This document shows, one piece after another, positions 55,617-64,000 of a stretch of 64,000 nucleotides of DNA (position 1 is the first letter of the stretch; the number at the start of each line of letters is the position of its first letter). Both the position numbers and the translations under genes were made by a program. The DNA comes from Parapedobacter sp. (GTDB lineage: Bacteria > Bacteroidota > Bacteroidia > Sphingobacteriales > Sphingobacteriaceae), in NCBI RefSeq assembly GCF_035556095.1, contig NZ_DATMFT010000016.1:53508-117507 (forward strand). The letters are read 5' to 3'. Below the pieces are notes generated by a model, which was not told the DNA's origin, searched no databases, and saw only the letters and a program-made list of their open reading frames with translations.

Positions 55617-57095
55617 ATGGAAAGGAAAAGAACACCGCCGATGGAAAATGAAATACAGAATGCCAAATTGTTTCAGAACCGGCGTCAGTTTTTATCGAGC
55701 TTAAGCATTGGCATCGGTAGCGCGGCTTTAGGCTCGCTGCTGATTCCCGATTTGTTTTCTGGTGGTAAGAAAGGGCAAGAGGCGTTGGAAAGGGCCATAC
55801 CGCATTTCGCCCCGAAGGCCAAGCGCGTAATCTACCTGTTTCAGTCGGGGGGCGTTTCTCAACTGGAATCATTCGATTACAAACCGAAATTAAGGGAAAT
55901 GCTTGGGCAGGACCTGCCCGAATCCGTACGCGGAGGACAACGACTCACGGGTATGACCGCCGGCCAGGCATCGTTTCCATTGGTGGGTTCATATTTTGAC
56001 TTTGCCCAGCATGGGGAAAGCCGCGCTTGGGTAAGCAGTTTATTTCCGCATACTGCAAAGATTGTCGACGAGCTTTGTATCATCAGATCGATGCACACCG
56101 ATGCAATCAATCACGATCCAGCCATTACCTTTTTTCAGACGGGTGCCCAGCAAGGCAATCGGCCGAGTATGGGTGCTTGGCTGAGTTACGGACTGGGAAG
56201 TGAAAATGAGAATCTTCCCGCATTTTGTGTGTTGATTTCCAAAGGTGCCGGTGATAACCAAGGCATCTATTCGAAGTTGTGGTCGAATGGATTTCTTGAC
56301 TCCATTCATCAAGGCGTCCAGTTCATGGGCGGTCCCAATCCGGTGCTGTATTTGAATAATCCAGCAGGCGCCGATAAGGCTAGCCGACGGAATTTGCTCG
56401 ATAAGTTAGCCAAATTGAACGGTATGCAGTTTGAGATTTTCGGTGATGCCGAAATTACCGCCAAGGTGCAGCAGTATGAGATGGCTTACCGTATGCAAAC
56501 CTCCGTTCCGGAAGTCACGGATGTATCCAAAGAGCCTGACCATATCGTGAAAATGTATGGTCCGGAGTGCCTGGTGCCGGGAACCTATGCCGCGAATTGT
56601 CTACTGGCCAGAAAACTGTCGGAAAACGGCGTCCGTTTTGTGCAGCTGTATCACCAGGGGTGGGATCAGCATGGCGCACTTCCCAATTATATGGCCATGC
56701 AGGCGAAAGATGTGGACCAAGCTTCGGCGGCATTGGTTACCGATTTAAAACAACGCGGCTTGTTGGATGAAACCCTTGTGATTTGGGGTGGCGAATTCGG
56801 CCGTACGAATTTTTGTCAGGGACACCTTGCCGTTGATAATTATGGACGGGACCATCACCCCCGTTGCTTTAGTATCTGGATGGCAGGCGGCGGCGTAAAG
56901 CCCGGCATCGTTTATGGCGAGACAGACGAGTTTAGTTACAACATAGCCAAAGATCCGGTTCATGTACATGATTTCCATGCTACGATACTGCATCTCCTCG
57001 GGCTAGATCATGAGCGGCTAACCTATCAGCATTTGGGTCGGCGATATCGGCTCACCGATGTGGCAGGTAATGTCGTGAAAAGTATCATAGCTTAA
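55617..57095 (+). CDS. DUF1501 (sulfatase-fold-like) protein with Tat signal
   Basis: NRRQFLSSLSIGIGSAALG twin-arginine signal and WGGEFGRT..GRDHHP motifs. It is the usual partner of PSD1 genes. Confidence 0.7.
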   Translation: MERKRTPPMENEIQNAKLFQNRRQFLSSLSIGIGSAALGSLLIPDLFSGGKKGQEALERAIPHFAPKAKRVIYLFQSGGVSQLESFDYKPKLREMLGQDLPESVRGGQRLTGMTAGQASFPLVGSYFDFAQHGESRAWVSSLFPHTAKIVDELCIIRSMHTDAINHDPAITFFQTGAQQGNRPSMGAWLSYGLGSENENLPAFCVLISKGAGDNQGIYSKLWSNGFLDSIHQGVQFMGGPNPVLYLNNPAGADKASRRNLLDKLAKLNGMQFEIFGDAEITAKVQQYEMAYRMQTSVPEVTDVSKEPDHIVKMYGPECLVPGTYAANCLLARKLSENGVRFVQLYHQGWDQHGALPNYMAMQAKDVDQASAALVTDLKQRGLLDETLVIWGGEFGRTNFCQGHLAVDNYGRDHHPRCFSIWMAGGGVKPGIVYGETDEFSYNIAKDPVHVHDFHATILHLLGLDHERLTYQHLGRRYRLTDVAGNVVKSIIA

Positions 57096-57109
57096 GTTTT
57101 TGTGGATTG

Positions 57110-59263
57110 ATGAAAGCACCGAACTGGCGGCTTAATACGCTTATAGGCCTTAACTGTTTTATTGTCTTCTTGCTACTAGCTGAGCACCTGGTTCATATAC
57201 CGCTGTGGCTGCAGGTCGTGGGGAGGATGCACCCGATGGTGTTGCACTTCCCGATTGTCATGCTGTTGATTGCCGGCGCATTCGTTAATTTCCGTAAGCC
57301 GTTGCAGCAATCGTTTCCAGTAACGCGGTTAATCCGCGAAACCTTATTCATCGCCGCAGTGAGTGCCGCCATAACCGTGATCCTGGGGCTGCTCCTTGCC
57401 CAGGAGGATGGCTATGAGGGAAATAGTTTCTTGTGGCATAAATGGACCGGGATAGCCATTTCTTTTGTGTCATGCGGGTTAGTGTGGGCGCAGTCGTTGT
57501 TAAGCACACACCGTCGGCGCTGGTTTATCTTATCTACAAATGGATGTCTGTGCCTGGTGTTGGTAGCAGGTCATTTTGGGGCAAATCTAACACACGGTGA
57601 GCAATTTGTACTGGCACCTCTGAAAAAAGGCGATGATCAACTATTCGACATCCAAACTGCTCAAGTATTTGACGATGTAATATTGCCCATATTAAAAGCG
57701 AAATGCCTGTCTTGTCACCGTACCGGCAAATCAAAGGGCGAATTGGTGTTAACTGATTCGGTAACTATTGCCAAAGGAGGTGAAAGCGGTGCCTTGTTCG
57801 TTGCCGGCGACCCAGCAGAAAGCTTATTGATCCAGCGGTTGATGCTAGATATTGAGCATGAACACCACATGCCGCCAAAGGGTAAGCCACAATTGACGCC
57901 CGAGGAATTGGCACTACTCCAGATCTGGGTGGCCAACGGTGCCCGGTTTGAAGTACCTGTGGCTTCATTGGCTGCCAACGATAGCCTCAGATTGGCGATA
58001 AGTGCGGTCTATCAGGTAGCTGAAGATGAACATTTTGATTTCCCAGCTGCAGATACAGACCAGATTAAAACACTTTCTACCCCATACCGTGTTGTGAGGG
58101 TGGTAGCCGATGGGTCACCAGCTCTTTTGGTCAATTTTTACGGTGCCGCTTTTTATACCGACCAGTCTTTGGCGGAGCTCGAACCTATTGCCAAACAGAT
58201 AGTGTCGTTGAACCTAAACGGCATGCCTATCGGGGCAAAGGGAATAGAAACAATCGCAAAATTTGAAAACTTGCGTGATATCAACCTGAATGGTACACCA
58301 ATAGATGATCAACGCATAGGAAGCCTGAGTGCATTGGGAAACTTGCGAAGCGCGAGACTAAATGGAACCGCGTTGACCGAGATCGGAATCAAGCAATTGT
58401 TGGCGAATGATGCACTGCAGGAGGTGTTCATTTGGAATACGGCCATCAGTGATGAGGAGGTAGCCCAGCTCGCCAAGTCGTTCCCGACAAAAAAGATTAC
58501 GGTGGGGTATGTTGATGACGGACAGACCATCCTCCCGTTGACAGAACCGCAGGTTACGCCGGCGCGGACCTTTTTCCGTGATGAACTGAACGTTGCCATT
58601 AGCCATCCCATTCCCCAGGTGCAAATCCGTTATACATTGGATGGGAGTGAGCCAGATAGTCTAAACAGCAAGCTATTTGACGGTCCGATCACCATCGACA
58701 GTAATCAGCAGCTGACCGTGAAGGCATTCAAGGAAGGCTGGGGGGCAAGTCCTACTGTAACGCGCAGGTATGTGCAGTCTGGGAAAAAACCAGATCGCAT
58801 TGTTATGGAAGGGCGGCCCCATACGCTGTATCCGGCACGCCGAGAGCTGTCTTTTTTTGATTTGGAGAGTGGCGGTAGGAACCATGCAGATGGGAAATGG
58901 CAGGGCTACTACCAGTCTCCCTTATCTGCTATGTTGCATTTCGACGGGGCAACAGCGATCGATACACTCACACTTAGTGTCATGCAGAATTACGTGGGAA
59001 TTACGTATATACATGCATTTGCCCCTGAATACATCGAAGTATGGGGAGGAAGCGACAACAACGAAGAAAAACTACTGGCGAAGGTGCTGCCTGTTCCAGA
59101 TAAGCAGGAGCAGTTGGTGTCGCCCAGACTCATCCACTGCCCAATTAACGCCGAAGTGAGCTACCTGAAATTGATTGCACAACCTTATCGAAAGATTCCT
59201 GAGGGATACCCCGGCGCGGGTGCAGAAGCCTGGATGTTTGTGGATGAAATCGTTCTAAAATAA
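57110..59263 (+). CDS. membrane-anchored c-type cytochrome domain protein with LRR and carbohydrate-binding-like C-terminal domains
   Basis: About 5 N-terminal TM helices, CLSCHRTGKSKGELVL..HHMPP, LRR-like NLNG repeats, an IRYTLDGSEP (chitobiase C-terminal-like) segment and a discoidin-like tail. Confidence 0.6.
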   Translation: MKAPNWRLNTLIGLNCFIVFLLLAEHLVHIPLWLQVVGRMHPMVLHFPIVMLLIAGAFVNFRKPLQQSFPVTRLIRETLFIAAVSAAITVILGLLLAQEDGYEGNSFLWHKWTGIAISFVSCGLVWAQSLLSTHRRRWFILSTNGCLCLVLVAGHFGANLTHGEQFVLAPLKKGDDQLFDIQTAQVFDDVILPILKAKCLSCHRTGKSKGELVLTDSVTIAKGGESGALFVAGDPAESLLIQRLMLDIEHEHHMPPKGKPQLTPEELALLQIWVANGARFEVPVASLAANDSLRLAISAVYQVAEDEHFDFPAADTDQIKTLSTPYRVVRVVADGSPALLVNFYGAAFYTDQSLAELEPIAKQIVSLNLNGMPIGAKGIETIAKFENLRDINLNGTPIDDQRIGSLSALGNLRSARLNGTALTEIGIKQLLANDALQEVFIWNTAISDEEVAQLAKSFPTKKITVGYVDDGQTILPLTEPQVTPARTFFRDELNVAISHPIPQVQIRYTLDGSEPDSLNSKLFDGPITIDSNQQLTVKAFKEGWGASPTVTRRYVQSGKKPDRIVMEGRPHTLYPARRELSFFDLESGGRNHADGKWQGYYQSPLSAMLHFDGATAIDTLTLSVMQNYVGITYIHAFAPEYIEVWGGSDNNEEKLLAKVLPVPDKQEQLVSPRLIHCPINAEVSYLKLIAQPYRKIPEGYPGAGAEAWMFVDEIVLK

Positions 59264-59300
59264 ATTAAACAACTTGTATATACAAGTTGTTTAATTTATT
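59259..59300. promoter_or_regulatory. 42-bp perfect palindrome containing the HutC/GntR operator core (59273-59286)
   Basis: AATAAATTAAACAACTTGTATATACAAGTTGTTTAATTTATT. It overlaps the stop codon of the upstream gene and abuts the TAtaTTTG box at 59300-59307. Confidence 0.7.
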
Positions 59301-59311
59301 ATATTTGTGTC

Positions 59312-60148
59312 ATGAAAAATTATAGATTAAACAGACTCTTCAACCGTAAATCAGGTAATTGCTTCGATGTGGCCATTGACCATGGATTCTTTAACGAATA
59401 TTCATTTTTACACGGAATAGAAAATATTAAGAACGCCGTTGATGTGCTCGTCGACGCGGCTCCGGATGCGATACAGCTTACGATCGGGCAGGCGCATTAT
59501 CTCCAATCCATCCCCGGCCGCGAAAAGCCGTCGCTGGTATTGCGCACGGACGTCGCCAACGTATATGGTAAACAATTGCCTCGTGCGCTATTCAGCCGGA
59601 TGATTGAAAATCCGATTGAGCAAGCCATTCGTTTGGATGCCGTATGCGTGGTGGTGAACCTGTTCAGCATCCCGGATGAGCCGGAAGTGACCGACCAATG
59701 TGTTCAAAACATATTGAAAATCAAGCCTGAAGCCGAACGCTATGGCATACCGCTGATGGTGGAACCCTTGGTGTTCCGCCCGAATAGCGAAGCGGGAGGA
59801 TATATGGTGAACGGCGATCCGGAGAAAATTATTCCATTAGTTAGGCAGGGCGTGGAGCTCGGTGCTGACATCATTAAGGCCGATCCGACCGATCACGTGG
59901 AAGATTACCATCGTGTGGTAGAAACAGCCGGTGACATTCCCGTGCTGGTTCGTGGGGGAGGAAAAGCAAGCGATGAGGAAATCCTTCAACGTACGTACGG
60001 TTTGATGAAGCAAGGCGTAAAGGGTATCGTTTATGGAAGGAATGTTATTCAGCATGCCAATCCGAGCGGCATGACGCGTGCGTTGATGGCTATTGTCCAC
60101 GAGGGTGCTAAACCAGGGGAAGTAATCGGATTGTTAAAACAGGCATAA
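59312..60148 (+). CDS. class I aldolase, DhnA/LacD-like family
   Basis: 278 aa. FDVAIDHGF and a GADIIKADP lysine segment are typical of DeoC/FbaB-type class I aldolases. Confidence 0.6.
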   Translation: MKNYRLNRLFNRKSGNCFDVAIDHGFFNEYSFLHGIENIKNAVDVLVDAAPDAIQLTIGQAHYLQSIPGREKPSLVLRTDVANVYGKQLPRALFSRMIENPIEQAIRLDAVCVVVNLFSIPDEPEVTDQCVQNILKIKPEAERYGIPLMVEPLVFRPNSEAGGYMVNGDPEKIIPLVRQGVELGADIIKADPTDHVEDYHRVVETAGDIPVLVRGGGKASDEEILQRTYGLMKQGVKGIVYGRNVIQHANPSGMTRALMAIVHEGAKPGEVIGLLKQA

Positions 60149-61294
60149 ATGAAAACAGTAAACATTGGCATCATTGGCGGTGGACTGATGGGGCGTGAGG
60201 CTGCAAGCGCATTCGGGCGCTGGTTCGCCCTGAAAGATTTTCCCGTACGGGCGCAGTTGACCGCAGTGTGTGATCTGAATGAGACGATTTTATCGTGGTA
60301 CAAGCAGATCGAAAGTGTTTCGGTGCTCACCACAGATTACCGCGAACTGATCGATAGCGACCAAGTGGATGTGGTGTATATTGCCGTACCGCACAATTTG
60401 CACCGTGAACTATATATCGACATCCTGCGGGCGGGCAAAGACCTACTAGGTGAAAAGCCTTTTGGTATTGATCAGGAAGCTGCGGAGGCAATTGCGGCAG
60501 AAGCAGCTAAATTAGGCCGGTTTGTCCGCTGCAGCTCGGAGATGCCTTTTCTGCCGGGCCCCCAGCGGGTAATCAGCGAAGTGCAATCGGGGCGTTTGGG
60601 ACGGATATTCGAAATCCGGTCGGGTTTCCTCCATGCGAGCGATATGAATGCGCAGAAGCCCATCAATTGGAAACGCCAATCGCAATACTGTGGCGAGATC
60701 GGTGTGATGGGCGATTTGGGGATGCACGCGCTGCACGTGCCGCTGCGATTGGGTTGGAAGCCCGTTAAAGTGTTCGCCCAACTGCAGAAAATCATCACTG
60801 AGCGGCCCGATGGGAAAGGGGGGATTGCCGAATGTGATACATGGAATAACGCAACACTGAGTACCCAGGTTGTCGTTGATGGCGAACAGGTGCCTATGCA
60901 ACTGGAAATGAAACGGCTGGCACCCGGTGAAACGAACACGTGGTACATCGAAATTTACGGAACGGAAGGCGGTGTACGTTACAGTACAAAAGACACCAAG
61001 GCGTTCTGGCAGTTCACCAATGGCGCTGAGCAATGGTGGAAACGTACGGATCTCGGATTTCAGATGCCTTTCGAAACCATTACAGGAAGTATTTTTGAGG
61101 CCGGTTTTCCCGACTGTTTTATGCAGATGATTGCGGCTTATGTTGCCGAACGCGAAGGATTGCTGAACGGGAGGTTTGGTTGCGCAACGCCGGGAGAGGC
61201 GGTAGATAGCCACCGGGTTTTCAAAGCAGCCCTGCACTCGCATGAGACCGGATCGTTTGTCGAAGTTCCATACACTAATATGATGGCGATATGA
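60149..61294 (+). CDS. Gfo/Idh/MocA-family oxidoreductase
   Basis: VNIGIIGGGLMGRE Rossmann segment and a GEKP motif. The start abuts the aldolase stop. Confidence 0.8.
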   Translation: MKTVNIGIIGGGLMGREAASAFGRWFALKDFPVRAQLTAVCDLNETILSWYKQIESVSVLTTDYRELIDSDQVDVVYIAVPHNLHRELYIDILRAGKDLLGEKPFGIDQEAAEAIAAEAAKLGRFVRCSSEMPFLPGPQRVISEVQSGRLGRIFEIRSGFLHASDMNAQKPINWKRQSQYCGEIGVMGDLGMHALHVPLRLGWKPVKVFAQLQKIITERPDGKGGIAECDTWNNATLSTQVVVDGEQVPMQLEMKRLAPGETNTWYIEIYGTEGGVRYSTKDTKAFWQFTNGAEQWWKRTDLGFQMPFETITGSIFEAGFPDCFMQMIAAYVAEREGLLNGRFGCATPGEAVDSHRVFKAALHSHETGSFVEVPYTNMMAI

Positions 61295-61857
61295 AGCGGT
61301 CGGAAATAAATTATGCCGTGCGGTCCGCGATCAGTTTTTTTGAACGTAATGGTTGGGTATTGCCGCCCAATCCGGCGTGGGACGTGACCGATTTTGGCTT
61401 GGGGATTTTCCGCAAAGCGGGCCTGGTATTGGTAAACCTTGCTGCGGAAGCCGAGTACTGTGAAAAGCTGATGTATGCCTGGCGTGATCAGACCACACCG
61501 GCGCACTACCATAAACAGAAGAAAGAAGATATCATTTGCAGAACAGGACAGCTCGCTGTGACACTGTGGAAAGGAAATCCCGAAGCGACGGGACATGAAC
61601 TCATTACCGTTAAGATAAACGGCGAGGAGCGTACCGTTATGAACGGGGAGTCGATTACGCTAAATGCTGGTGAACGCATCACCATTACGCCGCTATTGTG
61701 GCACGCGTTTCAGCCGGTTTCTTCCGAATGCATTATCGGCGAGGTATCTACTGCCAATGACGATGAAAATGATAACTTCTTCTGGGATGATGAAATCGGG
61801 AGATTTCCAGAAATCATCGAGGACGAACCTCCGTTGGTTAAACTGGTGGGTGAATAA
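61291..61857 (+). CDS. D-lyxose/D-mannose ketol-isomerase-like cupin
   Basis: 188 aa. The metal-site-like HYHKQKKEDII and LWHAF segments fit the YdaE-type lyxose isomerase pattern, from memory. ATGA overlap with the upstream gene. Confidence 0.55.
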   Translation: MKRSEINYAVRSAISFFERNGWVLPPNPAWDVTDFGLGIFRKAGLVLVNLAAEAEYCEKLMYAWRDQTTPAHYHKQKKEDIICRTGQLAVTLWKGNPEATGHELITVKINGEERTVMNGESITLNAGERITITPLLWHAFQPVSSECIIGEVSTANDDENDNFFWDDEIGRFPEIIEDEPPLVKLVGE

Positions 61858-61888
61858 CAGGCACCTAGCTGAATAGGAAGGAAATATC

Positions 61889-62923
61889 ATGGTTAAGAAC
61901 AATAAGGATCGATCGGGCTTATTGATAGCAGGTAATTGGATACTGGATCAGGTAAAGCTGATCGATAAATTTCCTGAGGAGCAATCGCTTGTCAATATTC
62001 TGCACGAGTATACGAGCAATGGCGGATCAGCCTACAACATTTTGATGGATTTAGTCAAACTGGAGGTTCCCTTTCCACTGGAAGCCATTGGTTTGGTTGG
62101 TAATGATTTTAATGGGGTACGAATCGTTGACCATTGCCGCGAGGCGGGTATCGACGTGCGACAGCTGCAAATGACACCTGATACACCAACGTCTTATACC
62201 ATTGTGACGTCGGTAAAACACACCGGGAAACGTACTTTTTTTCATCACCGCGGAGCCAACTCCCTATTGGATATTGCGCATTTTGATTTTCACATTTCAA
62301 ATGCGAAGATATTTCACCTGGGCTACCTGCTGTTGCTGGATCGCTTAGATGAAATTCTCCATAACGGAAAGACAAAGGCGTCGCTTTTGCTTGAAAAAGC
62401 TAAACAGGAAGGTTTTTTGACTTCCATTGATTTGGTGAGTGAAGACTCCGATCGGTTCACCACCATAATTCCTTGCGCGTTGCCTTATGTGGATTACCTG
62501 TTTCTCAATGAGTATGAAGCGAGTCGGCTCTCAGGCATTGATTTAATGGGCGTAACGGGCCGAGCGGAAATGGACGAACGGTGTGCGGAAGTTTTCGACG
62601 TTATCTTCCGTATGGGTGTCAATGAATGGGTTATCATTCACCATCCGGATGGCGTATGGGCAGCACGTCGAGATGGCCAACACTTGTTTCAGCCGAGCCT
62701 ATTGCTCCCTCAAGAAAACATAGTGGGTGCAAATGGAGCAGGCGACGCGCTTGCAGCAGGCGTTTTGATGGGTGTGCACGAAAGTTGGGATATGGCTTCA
62801 TGCCTTGATTTGGGGGTTTGTGTAGCGGCAGCTAGTTTATCGCATGTAACGTGCTCAGATGGCGTGCACTCCCACACGGATTGCTTGTCACTTTCAAAAT
62901 TATATGGGTATCGTTCATTTTAA
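61889..62923 (+). CDS. PfkB-family carbohydrate kinase
   Basis: 344 aa. The C-terminal GANGAGDALAAGVL is the PfkB signature 2 (DTxGAGD-like). Confidence 0.8.
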   Translation: MVKNNKDRSGLLIAGNWILDQVKLIDKFPEEQSLVNILHEYTSNGGSAYNILMDLVKLEVPFPLEAIGLVGNDFNGVRIVDHCREAGIDVRQLQMTPDTPTSYTIVTSVKHTGKRTFFHHRGANSLLDIAHFDFHISNAKIFHLGYLLLLDRLDEILHNGKTKASLLLEKAKQEGFLTSIDLVSEDSDRFTTIIPCALPYVDYLFLNEYEASRLSGIDLMGVTGRAEMDERCAEVFDVIFRMGVNEWVIIHHPDGVWAARRDGQHLFQPSLLLPQENIVGANGAGDALAAGVLMGVHESWDMASCLDLGVCVAAASLSHVTCSDGVHSHTDCLSLSKLYGYRSF

Positions 62924-62993
62924 TCCGTAACTTAACCGCTCTGGAATTTTTCAGTGAAATGATGAAGATAAGAATAAGCATATCGGCTATAGG

Positions 62994-63911
62994 ATGATCC
63001 TGGATATAAAACGGGTAAGCAAATTAGATGCGCCGACATGTATACTCGGCGAAAGTCCAATGTGGCATTCGGGTCGTAAGCAAGCCTTTTGGGTGGATAT
63101 CCTGGGAGACACTATCACAGCGTATAATTTGGATGACGGCTTGGTAAAGCAATATGATGGAGCCCAGCTGATTTCGCTGGTTTGCCAGGTCGAAGGCAAT
63201 AACGAACTGCTTGTTGCTGGAGCCCGAGGTGGTGTCGGGTTTTACAATTTGGAGTCCCATGAACTTTCCTTAATTTCTGATCTGAATAGAAGCTGGGAAA
63301 ATCATCGTTGCAACGACGGTACGGTTGATCGCTTGGGAAATCTGTGGGTCGGATCTACGCATATGGACCATGAGCCCGGAGCAGGCGACTTATACTGCGT
63401 TTCAGATGCTTGGCGTGTTTCCAAGAAAATTGAGCAAGTATCGATTTCCAACGGAATGTGTTGGTCGGCAGACAACGAGACCATGTATCATATCGATAGT
63501 CCGACGAGGGAAATCAAGGCATTTAAACACAATGCGATAACGGGAGACATCACGTTCGACCGCGTGGCAGTACAGATCCCAGCGTCGCTTGGATTCCCCG
63601 ATGGCATGGCGATGGATGCCAAGGGGACGGTTTGGGTGGCTATTTGGGGCGGAAGCGGTGTAGGTGGTTACAATGCGCTTACAGGCCAATTGGAACACTG
63701 GATTCCTATACCGGCGCCCAACGTGTCATCCTGTGCATTTGTAGGCCCCGAGCTGGATTGTTTGCTGATAACCACGGCCCGAAAAGAAATGGACGAAAAG
63801 CAGCTGGCACGTTATCCGGATAGTGGACAGACGTTTGTAGTAAAAATGGAAGTGCCGGGATTACCGACTTACAATTGTCGGCTGCCTATTATAAAAAGCG
63901 GTAACGAATAG
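62994..63911 (+). CDS. SMP-30/gluconolactonase/LRE-family lactonase
   Basis: 305 aa. ILGESPMWH, NDGTVDRLGNLWVG and FPDGMAMDAKG are typical six-blade lactonase motifs. Confidence 0.8.
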   Translation: MILDIKRVSKLDAPTCILGESPMWHSGRKQAFWVDILGDTITAYNLDDGLVKQYDGAQLISLVCQVEGNNELLVAGARGGVGFYNLESHELSLISDLNRSWENHRCNDGTVDRLGNLWVGSTHMDHEPGAGDLYCVSDAWRVSKKIEQVSISNGMCWSADNETMYHIDSPTREIKAFKHNAITGDITFDRVAVQIPASLGFPDGMAMDAKGTVWVAIWGGSGVGGYNALTGQLEHWIPIPAPNVSSCAFVGPELDCLLITTARKEMDEKQLARYPDSGQTFVVKMEVPGLPTYNCRLPIIKSGNE

Positions 63912-63927
63912 ATGAAAATAAAGAAGA

Positions 63928-64000
63928 ATGACTACACATAGATTTAGCGGTAAGACGGCGATTATCACGGGGGCAGGTCAGGGCATCGGCTTTGAAATTG
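63928..64000 (+). CDS. SDR-family oxidoreductase, 5' partial (runs off the window)
   Basis: MTTHRFSGKTAIITGAGQGIGFEI carries a TGxxxGIG dinucleotide-binding motif. Confidence 0.7.
   Translation, partial: MTTHRFSGKTAIITGAGQGIGFEI

Noticed and set aside
13531-61243. Long antisense or overlapping ORFs inside well-supported genes, e.g. 13531..14061 (-), 15043..15627 (-), 15730..16329 (-), 26404..27138 (-), 35114..35932 (-), 54344..54772 (-), 60512..61243 (-), 61138..61596 (-)
   Set aside because: Each lies fully within a longer ORF on the other strand or frame that has clear family motifs. Their compositions are low-complexity, rich in Arg/Pro/Ser/Gly, as is typical of shadow ORFs.
1-64000. Search for transposase, integrase, tRNA, rRNA or cas1/cas2/cas4 genes
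   Set aside because: No ORF in the track showed DDE, tyrosine- or serine-recombinase, or Cas1/Cas2/Cas4 motifs, and I saw no tRNA-like cloverleaf region. The absence is by eye only and should be confirmed with HMM and tRNA scans.

Overview
This 64-kb window looks like a Bacteroidota chromosome segment. It has three SusC/SusD pairs, many TAnnTTTG -7 promoter boxes and lipoprotein signal peptides, and most of it is carbohydrate-utilisation DNA. A first PUL-like cluster (6.7-29.6 kb) holds an AraC regulator, two BNR_4-type propeller paralogs, a GH88-like hydrolase, xylose-isomerase-like and Gfo/Idh/MocA enzymes, one SusC/SusD pair and an LctP permease. A second, alpha-mannan-type PUL (34.3-53.0 kb) holds two GH92 enzymes, two tandem SusC/SusD pairs and a GxGYxYP protein. 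It is followed by a PSD1/DUF1501/cytochrome-c trio and a mannose/rare-sugar catabolic operon. A shared CTTGTATATACAAG palindrome links these units to the HutC/GntR regulator at 33.3-34.0 kb. The standout is the accessory locus at 0-4 kb. On the minus strand, an ECF-like sigma factor gene is followed after 3 nt by a 364-aa miniature Cas12f-like gene. That gene appears to have lost its RuvC acidic residues and its whole C-terminal Zn-finger/RuvC-III part. Downstream of it lie three copies of a tracrRNA-like structured element and a degenerate 36-nt repeat array with about 9 guides. There are no cas1/cas2/cas4 genes. I read this as an RNA-guided transcription (dCas12f-sigma) module. By eye I found no convincing protospacer inside the window. 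The central island (29.6-33.3 kb) is a second unusual region. It carries two ~600-bp tracts of 21-nt tandem repeats, an orphan membrane protein, and a HigA-like/AbiEii module flanked by a perfect 111-bp duplication of the GntR gene 3' end. All functional calls rest on motif recognition from memory and no database search was possible. Coordinates of RNA and regulatory features are approximate to a few nt.
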